Assembly (NCBI GenBank): GCA_039586365.1
Contig: JBDHKN010000018.1
Span: 22,643 to 86,642, forward strand
DNA: 64,000 nt
Source of the DNA: Gemmatimonadota bacterium
Lineage (GTDB): Bacteria; Gemmatimonadota; Gemmatimonadetes; Gemmatimonadales; GWC2-71-9
Reading direction: 5' to 3'
The notes under the pieces were generated by a model. That model did not search any database, was not told the origin of the DNA, and saw only the letters and a list, made by a program, of their open reading frames with translations. Shown piece after piece: positions 56,628 through 64,000 of the stretch. The position numbers were made by a program, and so were the translations under genes. Position 1 is the first letter of the stretch; every line of letters starts with the position of its first letter.

Positions 56628-58178
56628 TTGCCGTACCTCGAAGAGCAAATCAAAGCTGCCCTTGCCGACCACTACGCCATCGAGCGGGAGCTGGGTAGTG
56701 GTGGGATGGCGACGGTGTATCTGGCGCACGATCTCAAGCATCAGCGCCAAGTAGCGGTGAAAGTTCTCAAGCCGGAACTTGCTGCCGCTCTGGGATCCGA
56801 ACGGTTTCTGCGTGAGATTCAGATCACCGCGCGGCTCAATCATCCGCATATCCTTCCGCTGCTCGATTCCGGTGCCGCCGAGGGATTCCTCTACTACGTC
56901 ATGCCATACGTCGTCGGTGAGTCTTTGCGCCGGCGATTGAACCTAGCGGCACCGGTACCACTCGATGACGTAGTGCGCATAACGCAGCAAGTCGCTGCGG
57001 CTCTCGACCATGCGCATCGCCACGACGTAATTCACCGTGACATCAAACCCGAGAACATCTTGTTCTCTGAAGGACTCGCGATCGTGGCGGACTTCGGTAT
57101 CGCCAAGGCGGTTAGCGTGGCAGGCCGCGCGGCGCTGACACGTAGCGGTTTTCCAGTGGGAACACCCGGATACATGAGCCCGGAGCAGGCGGCTGGAAAC
57201 AGCGAACTCGATGCCCGAACCGATGTTTGCAGTCTTGCGTGCGTGGTCTACGAGATGCTGGTCGGTGAAACGCCTGGTGTGTGGTCAATGCCAGATGAGG
57301 TGAAGCTGGGCCGGTTTCTCGAGTTGTCCCAGGGCCACCGTGACAGGTTGGAGAAGTTTCCGGGGCGGGTGGAACAGGTTCTGGTCAGGGCGCTGGCCAT
57401 CCGGTCCGCTGACCGGTTTGGGACTCCCGTGGATTTCGCCGCAGCATTGGCAGCGGTATCCGAACGGGGTACCGCGCTCGCTGACACCGAGGTGCAGCAG
57501 ATACTCGGTCGCGCTGCCGAACTCGATGCCGCGCTGCCGACGCAGGGAAGTGCGTTGTCCCTCGGTGGGGTCGAGCAAGTAGCGGCGCAAGCTGGAATCC
57601 CACCGGAGCGCGTGCGGGAAGCAATGGGCGAACTCGAGCGGCCGCCTGCGTCAAAGTCAGTGATTCAGGGTGCACCTGCGGTTGCGGTGTTCTCGAAGGA
57701 GAAACTGACGGTCGACCGTACTGTCGAGGGGGAGGTGACCGCGGCCTCACACGAAATGTTGGTCATGGAAATCCAGACCGCACTCGGGATCGCAGGTCAT
57801 GTCTCGACGCTTGGGAACTCACTGACCTGGAGCCCCGCAGCTCCTGGTAGTGAGACTCGCAAGGTCGTTGTCACGGTTGCGCCACGCGCTGGTGCGACAC
57901 ATATCCACGTCGAAGAGCGGCTCGAGTTGGCGGGGTGGAGACTGTTCGCTCCCGGATGGGGCGCTGCGGCAGGGGCTCTGTTCGGCTTCGGGTCCGGAGC
58001 TCTACTGGGAGTAAGCGAAGTGGCCGTGGCGGTTCAGGGACTCATCTGCGCATTCGCTGGTGCATTCCTCTCGGTGCAAGGCTTCATCAGGATTCCCGCG
58101 AGGCGACGCAAGCCGCAGCTCGAGCAGCTCACGGACCGGTTGGCGGCTTTGGTCTCGGCGGACTCCAGCACGAAATGA
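56628..58178 (+). CDS. Hanks-type Ser/Thr protein kinase (paralogue of 26535-28382)
   Basis: GSGGMATV, HRDIKPEN, DFG, YMSPEQ; C-terminal TM hairpin. Confidence 0.92.
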   Translation: MPYLEEQIKAALADHYAIERELGSGGMATVYLAHDLKHQRQVAVKVLKPELAAALGSERFLREIQITARLNHPHILPLLDSGAAEGFLYYVMPYVVGESLRRRLNLAAPVPLDDVVRITQQVAAALDHAHRHDVIHRDIKPENILFSEGLAIVADFGIAKAVSVAGRAALTRSGFPVGTPGYMSPEQAAGNSELDARTDVCSLACVVYEMLVGETPGVWSMPDEVKLGRFLELSQGHRDRLEKFPGRVEQVLVRALAIRSADRFGTPVDFAAALAAVSERGTALADTEVQQILGRAAELDAALPTQGSALSLGGVEQVAAQAGIPPERVREAMGELERPPASKSVIQGAPAVAVFSKEKLTVDRTVEGEVTAASHEMLVMEIQTALGIAGHVSTLGNSLTWSPAAPGSETRKVVVTVAPRAGATHIHVEERLELAGWRLFAPGWGAAAGALFGFGSGALLGVSEVAVAVQGLICAFAGAFLSVQGFIRIPARRRKPQLEQLTDRLAALVSADSSTK

Positions 58179-58263
58179 AATGAGCCATGAGTGGTGAGTC
58201 GTGGTCTCGAACTTGGGAAGTACGAGTCACGACCCACGGAGTTGATCGAGAAGAACAAACCTC

Positions 58264-58290
58264 CAACCTTTTCCTGCGCAAACGGGGCTA
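58264..58290 (+). promoter_or_regulatory. Candidate ECF promoter
   Basis: CAACC-N17-GGCTA directly upstream of the sigma RBS. Confidence 0.35.
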
Positions 58291-58308
58291 TAGCTGTAGG
58301 AGCAGGCT

Positions 58309-60012
58309 ATGCAGCGCTGGGATGAGCTTTTAGGCAGGGCTCAGGACGGTGACCTGAAAGCCTTCGACGCCCTGGTACGGCAGTTCCGAGACATGGCTGT
58401 GGGGTACGCCTACGCTCTGCTGAGCGACTTTCACTTGGCAGAAGACGCGGCGCAGGAAGCTTTCGTCCAGGCATTCCGGGATCTCCGGATGCTCAGAAGT
58501 CCACAGGCATTCCCAGCGTGGCTTCGCAGGCTTGTCTTCAAGCATTGCGATCGATTGACGCGCAAGAAGAGTGTTGCAACGGTGCCGCTCGACCGAGTGG
58601 AGTTGCCCGACGAGAGAGTGTCCTCTCCCCTCGATCTATTGGGGGAAGAGGAGAGACGGCAGGCGGTACTGCAAAGCATCGAGGGACTGCCGGAGACCGA
58701 GCGGACCACCACTACATTGTTCTACATAGACGGATACTCTATGGCGGATGTGGGTCAGTTCTTGGATGTCCCGGTGAGTACCGTGAAGAGCCGCCTGCAC
58801 TCGGCCCGCAGGAAGCTCAGGAAGAGGATGGTTGCCATGGTGAAGGATACGCTGCAGAGCCACACGCCAGGAGAAGAGTTCAACGAACAGGTGCGGCGAG
58901 TATTGGAGCAGGTGCCCTTGGTGAGCTTCGAACTGCACCAGGAGCCGCCGCAGGATGGGCTGCCCCGCTGCCCGGAGTCGATACCGTTCCCGTCTTGTCT
59001 CAGGGCCTGGCTCCAATACGTGGGGGACGACTTGGGTTGGCGGAAGATCACAGCCCACGGACAGAGCTGGCGACTCGACAAGACCTACGTGTTTCTCATG
59101 GGTACCACTGGCTGCGCGTTCAGGTTGACGTGGAAACCCGGCTGGCACCTGGACAATCCGGCGCTCTGTTATATGTCGGACGACTCTGAAGCACCGCTCC
59201 GGCGGGGATTCGAGTCAGTGGGCTACAGTTGGGATATTATCCGCAAGCAAGATGAGGGAGTGACCGAGGCTGATATGCGTGCGCGAGTCGTCCAGAGCAT
59301 CAGCCAGGGTCGCCCTGTGATAGCACGGGGGGTCGTGGGCCCCCCAGTCGAGTGTGTCGTCACCGGATTCGATGAGAGCGGTGCCGTTCTGCTCGGGTGG
59401 AGCTTCTTTCAACAGGCCAGAGAATTCAGTGACGACGTGGAGTTCGAGTCGAGCGGATACTTCCGCAAGAGGAACTGGTTCGACAGCACTGACATGGTCA
59501 TCACACTCGGTGACAAGTACACACCGAAGGCACCTGCCGATATCTACCGCGATGCACTGGAATGGGCGCTACAGGTGGTCCGTACCCCGCTCGTGCACGG
59601 GGACCGCAAGAGCGGTTTGGCTGCCTATCAGGGCTGGGCCGATGCGATCCGACAGGATCAGGAATTCGCCAACAAGAGCAGCGAACAACTGAGGTACCTC
59701 TATGACGTACATCAGGATGCGGTCGGCACGGTAGCGGAAAGTCGCTGGTACGCGCACAACTTCCTGAACCAGGTTCAGGAGGACGTTGCCGTCCCCGCAG
59801 CGCTCACAAAGGCGGCGGGTTGCTATGACAGGGAACACTCACTCATGTGGCAGGTGTGGGGGCTGGTGGGTGGCCCAGGTGCGTCGGACGATACAGCGCG
59901 GCAGTTCGCGGATCCGGCAGTGCGGAGCCGGACAGCGGATCTGATTCTCGAGGCTCGGGACGCGGACGTCGAGGCTGCGGAGTGGATCCAACAGGCGCTA
60001 CAGGAATGGTGA
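58309..60012 (+). CDS. ECF sigma factor with ~380-aa soluble C-terminal extension
   Basis: AEDAAQEAF, FPAWLRR, STVKSRLHSAR, followed by a long non-TM domain. Confidence 0.88.
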   Translation: MQRWDELLGRAQDGDLKAFDALVRQFRDMAVGYAYALLSDFHLAEDAAQEAFVQAFRDLRMLRSPQAFPAWLRRLVFKHCDRLTRKKSVATVPLDRVELPDERVSSPLDLLGEEERRQAVLQSIEGLPETERTTTTLFYIDGYSMADVGQFLDVPVSTVKSRLHSARRKLRKRMVAMVKDTLQSHTPGEEFNEQVRRVLEQVPLVSFELHQEPPQDGLPRCPESIPFPSCLRAWLQYVGDDLGWRKITAHGQSWRLDKTYVFLMGTTGCAFRLTWKPGWHLDNPALCYMSDDSEAPLRRGFESVGYSWDIIRKQDEGVTEADMRARVVQSISQGRPVIARGVVGPPVECVVTGFDESGAVLLGWSFFQQAREFSDDVEFESSGYFRKRNWFDSTDMVITLGDKYTPKAPADIYRDALEWALQVVRTPLVHGDRKSGLAAYQGWADAIRQDQEFANKSSEQLRYLYDVHQDAVGTVAESRWYAHNFLNQVQEDVAVPAALTKAAGCYDREHSLMWQVWGLVGGPGASDDTARQFADPAVRSRTADLILEARDADVEAAEWIQQALQEW

Positions 60013-60025
60013 GCCCACGTCACTT

Positions 60026-60046
60026 CGGGGAGCGGGGAGCGGGGAG
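60026..60046 (+). repeat. (CGGGGAG)3 heptamer repeat
   Basis: Read directly, 14 bp after the stop codon. Confidence 0.8.
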
Positions 60047-60261
60047 CCGTAACCTCTAACCTCCTGGCCGGCGTCTTTGCTGCCCTAGCCCTCTGACCGG
60101 CTCCGCCGCCGCTGAGTAGCTCAGCATTCCCTCTGGCACGACGCTCTAGACCGTTCACCCCTTTCTGCGGCCACCACAAACCCAGCCTTACCCCAGTGGC
60201 TCAGTACCTAAGACTCCCAGGGTGCTCCAATCGTCCCGAACGGGGGTGAGCTCGCCTGGTC

Positions 60262-61018
60262 CTAGGGTTTCCGTACGAACGGCGCGGTGAGCACGATCCG
60301 TATCGGCGCACCAGTGTCGATCATCACCTTCTCACCCTTCGTGGCAATTGCGACACCGGCACCGGCCACGGTGCCCACGGCCGCACCCACCAGCGTGCCG
60401 GTCTTGTTGCCACCGATCAGCCTCCCGGCTATCCGCACCTGTCTTGGCCACGTCTCCCGCGGAGATTCCACCCTTTTCGGTGCGAATGGCGATGCTGTCT
60501 GTGAGGGCTTCGACTCCATAGCTCGCCCCGTCGATTTCCACATTGTTGAAGGTCAATAGCAGTGCCTCGGTCGTTCCGCCACCGTCGGACATCTCTGTCT
60601 TGATGACGGTACCGGAGAAGACCGCTCCAGCCGGAATCACCTCCCGTCCCCGGTTGTCCAGCAGCGACGTCGCCGCCCGCGCGAGTACAATCTGACCGAT
60701 CAGGTCGTCGTTCAATTGTACGGTGTCGGCTGCGTAGAGTTCGATCTCCGTCCCTTCGCTCAACGAGGGGGGAGGTGGAGGCGGTGGTGGAGGAGCAGGT
60801 GGCCGACTCACTTCTGGTGCTGCTTTCTCGGTTGGCGGTTGGGTCTTGCTCGGCTCTGGAAGAGTGTCGCTCAGCGCGACGTCCGACAGCGCAAAGGTGG
60901 ACTCCGCCGGCAGGAGACCGACGTCTCGCTCCGTATCCGCTTCGCTGTCGCCGCCACCGCAAGCGGTCAGAGACACAATCGCAAGGGCAGCTCCTAGGGT
61001 AACCGTTCTGGCAAGCAT
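60262..61018 (-). pseudogene. Pro-rich lipoprotein with glycine-zipper C-terminus, frameshifted near 60433
   Basis: Lipobox LTAC; ..DVAKTGA in one frame continues as IAGRLIGGNKTGTLVGAAVG..VLTAPF in another. Confidence 0.75.
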
Positions 61019-61329
61019 CCGACTCCTCCAGGGTAGTCCTCATTGCAGCTCGGTGCACTGGATATCTCCGGGCACCATCTCGACCGGCCCCAAATCTATT
61101 ACACTGCTGGGCCAGGTTTGGTGAGCGACGTCACCAGTCGAGTCCGCTTGACGAGTTGTCTGCCAGACTCGATGGGATATCCGGAATTGACAGCCCCAGT
61201 TGCCTGGTTTCACAGGCAGGTGGATTGGTGTGTGGCTCCTTGCAGCGTATTAGTCGAGTTCTCTCCCTGATGGCGGACCGGCATGGATAGACCGGACGGG
61301 TGAAAGTGGGGGGTCTTCTGCTCGAGGGC

Positions 61330-62658
61330 CTATTCCAGCCCGTACTTCTCGATCAACCTGTTGAGCCGAGGTCGTGACACACCAAGGATCTCGGCCGCGC
61401 GTGCCTTGTGGCCTCCCGTGGCGGACAACACTCGTTCCACGTGGTCGCGCTCCGTCTGGTCGAGAGGGGGAAGATACGCTGGGGATTCCGGTGGCGCGGG
61501 CCCGAGTGCCAAGTGCTCGGGTCGAATTACACCGCCGGTAGCGAGCACAACCGCTCGGGTGAGACAGTGGTCCAGCTCGCGCACGTTCCCCGGCCAACGG
61601 TGCCGCATCATGGCGTCCAGCGCCTCGGGTGAAATCACTGGTGAGGTGTGGTGCAGCATCTCGCTGGAGCGGCGGATCAGGTGCTCCGCAAGTACTGGGA
61701 GATCTGTGAGGCGTTCGCGCAGTGGTGGTACCACGATCTCGACGACCCGCAGGCGGTAATAGAGGTCCTCGCGGAAACGACCCCCGGCGATCATCTCCTC
61801 CAGGTTCCTGTGCGTCGCCGCAATGACGCGGGCTTCAGTGCGCTCAGGGCGTTCGCCGCCCACAGGATAGTACTCGTGGTCCTCCAATACGCGGAGCAGC
61901 TTGCTCTGAAACTCAGGTGAAGTATCACCGACTTCATCGAGCAAGATCGTGCCGCGGCCCGCGAGTGCGAAGCGGCCCCGATGATCAGTGATCGCGCCCG
62001 TGAATGCTCCTTTCACATGTCCGAACAACTCCGACTCGAGTAGGGTGGGCGCAAACGCGGTACAGTTGACCGGAATGAATGGCTCATCGACATCCGCCGA
62101 GTTGAAGTGGATTGCCCGGGCGATCACTTCTTTGCCGGTTCCGGTCTCGCCGCGAATCAACACATTGGTGCGATTCGCCGCCAGCTGGCCGACCAGCTTG
62201 TAGATCTCGATCATGCGCTGGTCGTGCCCTACGAGTTCGTTCAGGCGATAGGCACTGGCCTCCTCTTCGGCGGCTCGGCGTGCTCGCTCACGCGTACGGC
62301 GGTCGGCGAACACGCTGTCAAGCACTCGACGCAGATCGTGCAGATCGAGCGGCTTCACCAGGAAATCACACGCACCCTCCCGCATCGCAGCCACTACAGT
62401 CGGCATGTCGTCGTAGGCAGTCATGAGAATGACGTCGACAGAGGGGGCTCGCTCACTCAGCAGCTTGAGCAGAGCGAGCCCATCGAGACCCGGCATGCGC
62501 ACGTCGCTCAGCACCACGTCGGGCACGTTCTCGTTGATCAAGGTGAGAGCGCGCTCGGCATCCTCGGCCGTACTTACCTCTGTGGCGTTGTTGGCCAGCG
62601 CCTCTGAGAGCGATGTGCGAATGGTGGTGTCGTCGTCAACGACCAGAATGCGTTTCAT
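61330..62658 (-). CDS. Sigma-54-dependent response regulator (NtrC/AtoC/ZraR type)
   Basis: REC domain (VVDDD, DVRMP, KP), GETGTGKE, GAFTGA, WPGNVREL, Fis-type HTH. Confidence 0.95.
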   Translation of the reverse strand: MKRILVVDDDTTIRTSLSEALANNATEVSTAEDAERALTLINENVPDVVLSDVRMPGLDGLALLKLLSERAPSVDVILMTAYDDMPTVVAAMREGACDFLVKPLDLHDLRRVLDSVFADRRTRERARRAAEEEASAYRLNELVGHDQRMIEIYKLVGQLAANRTNVLIRGETGTGKEVIARAIHFNSADVDEPFIPVNCTAFAPTLLESELFGHVKGAFTGAITDHRGRFALAGRGTILLDEVGDTSPEFQSKLLRVLEDHEYYPVGGERPERTEARVIAATHRNLEEMIAGGRFREDLYYRLRVVEIVVPPLRERLTDLPVLAEHLIRRSSEMLHHTSPVISPEALDAMMRHRWPGNVRELDHCLTRAVVLATGGVIRPEHLALGPAPPESPAYLPPLDQTERDHVERVLSATGGHKARAAEILGVSRPRLNRLIEKYGLE

Positions 62659-63018
62659 GGCTCACCAAGTCCCTGCGGTGTGGGAGCGTTGCGTTGCCAG
62701 AGCGGCTAGTGCCTAGCGCAGGACCTGGCCCGCCACCTAAACATGCAGCGAGCCAGATCGGTGTGCCAGAGAACCGTCCGTTGCCTGGACGTCGTTGCGA
62801 CCCTCTTGTTCTCATCCCTCGTCAGGAGTGGAAGTCCGGCTGACGTCGAAGTGTCATGGGCCCGCTTGGTCCGCTGCAGAAGTCGAACACACAGCACAGC
62901 ACGGCGACCAGGAGCAGCGCGAGCAAAGCGACAGCAATGCCGAGGTTCAGGAACGCAAGGATCGGTAGAGCCTTCGGGAGCGACGACGTTGGGCGAGACG
63001 AAGTCACTCCTGGATGAC

Positions 63019-63285
63019 TCAGGGCCCTGAACCCACCCCACCACTAGTGTCGGATGGCAGGAAGTTCTCCATTACCCACACCTCGGCCCCACCACTTCCC
63101 GAGTCAAACGCGATGCGACGCCCATCGGGGTGAACGCGGAGGTTGCGCAAGGTCTCCATCTGCACGTCAAGCTTCTGGGCAGGTCCCCCCGCTACGGATA
63201 CCCGCCAGAGTTGATGGCCGCCTTCGGTCTCGACCGGATAGAACACGCTCTTTCCGTCCCGTGACCACGCCACGTTTCCCGACGC
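63019..63285 (-). pseudogene. C-terminal fragment of a PD40/TolB-like propeller protein
   Basis: AWSRDGK, VHPDGRRIAF, EVWVMENFLP; no N-terminal part. Confidence 0.7.
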
Positions 63286-63288
63286 GCG

Positions 63289-63753
63289 TTGCGCTATGAG
63301 TTCAAGGGGAAGGGCTCCTATGCCTTCAACATCCATGTCGTTCCCGCAGAAGGTGGGGAGCCGGTTCGACTCACGTCGGATGCGGACAGTGTCGAACAGG
63401 CCACCATCGCATACTCGCCCGACGGCGAGCGGATAGCGTTCTTCTCCACTGGCGTTATCAAGGCCATGCCCGCGGATGGTGGAGAGCCGAAAGTGCTGAT
63501 CGCAGGAGTCCCATTGGAGGGCAGGCATCGCCTGGCCTGGTCCCCAGATGGCCGAAAGATTGCCTACACCGCGGCGGGCAAGATCTGGCTGGCATCAGTC
63601 GAGGGTGGCGAGCCGGTGGAGCTGCGCACCGGGTTGCCGGAGGGTACGCGATACGGTGCTTTCGGCTGGTCCCCAGATGGGAGGAAGCTCACATTCATCG
63701 GGGCATTGGGCGGCGAGGTCGAGTTCTGGATGATCAGCGATTTCCTTCCGTGA
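63289..63753 (+). pseudogene. C-terminal fragment of a second PD40/TolB-like propeller protein
   Basis: YSPDGERIAF, WSPDGRKIAY, WSPDGRKL, EFWMISDFLP; in-frame stop at 63262, no RBS or signal peptide. Confidence 0.7.
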
Positions 63754-63779
63754 TCAATCGCGTACCAGTATAAGACGAG

Positions 63780-63810
63780 CCCCGCAGCGTTGGCATGAGT
63801 TGCGGGGTTT
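63780..63810 (+). terminator. Rho-independent terminator-like hairpin
   Basis: CCCCGCAGC-N10-GTTGCGGGG followed by TTT, between convergent ORFs. Confidence 0.6.
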
Positions 63811-63893
63811 GTACTGCGGGAGCCAATGTCGTGGGCTAAGCTGCCAGGGACTCAGGTCGGGATTGGCCTTTCATCGCAGCCTCTGACCACGCC

Positions 63894-64000
63894 CTATCCC
63901 GCCCAAAACCTGAACAGCGCGACCATCGTTCCCAGCGTGCCGACCCAGAACAGGAACATCCAGCGAATCAGGCGAGTCTCCAGTCTCGCAATTTCCTGAT
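63894..64000 (-). CDS. 3' end of a DUF1640-like coiled-coil/TM protein (partial)
   Basis: QEIARLETRLIRWMFLFWVGTLGTMVALFRFWAG-stop. Confidence 0.7.
   Translation of the reverse strand, partial: QEIARLETRLIRWMFLFWVGTLGTMVALFRFWAG

Noticed and set aside
62685..62702. Sigma-54 promoter-like TGGCAACGCAACGC upstream of the NtrC-type gene
   Set aside because: GG-to-GC spacing is one base short of the -24/-12 consensus.
1..64000. Mobile elements, tRNA or rRNA genes
   Set aside because: No transposase, integrase, terminal inverted repeats or structural RNA signatures recognised by eye.

Overview
GC-rich (~60% by eye) bacterial chromosomal window. The gene content (Ser/Thr kinases with 'ADxY...GxGGMATVYLAxDLKH' N-termini, PadR plus ADOP permease, VPS10/BNR protein, DUF5916, several ECF sigmas, many secreted peptidases) suggests Gemmatimonadota or a similar lineage; this is inference. 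The main feature is a compact respiratory-type reductive dehalogenase locus at 7.1-12.1 kb: rdhB1-rdhA1-rdhA2-rdhB2-rdhC plus an unannotated 38-aa membrane microprotein. Both RdhAs carry Tat signals, and the locus sits directly behind an MIO-type ammonia-lyase gene. Also present: an orphan microcompartment locus (ackA-pduS-pduT); an ECF-FecR-TonB receptor operon ending in a CocE-family lipoprotein with degenerate catalytic residues; a HEAT-repeat anti-sigma; an ECF sigma with a long C-terminal extension; two paralogous kinases differing in the copy number of a helical module; dinB and an orphan SbcD-like nuclease; heptamer repeat arrays after stop codons; several deletion/frameshift scars; and two headless PD40/TolB C-terminal fragments fused head-to-head at 63.3 kb. 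No rRNA, tRNA, CRISPR array or transposase was seen. Family assignments come from motif recognition, not database searches.
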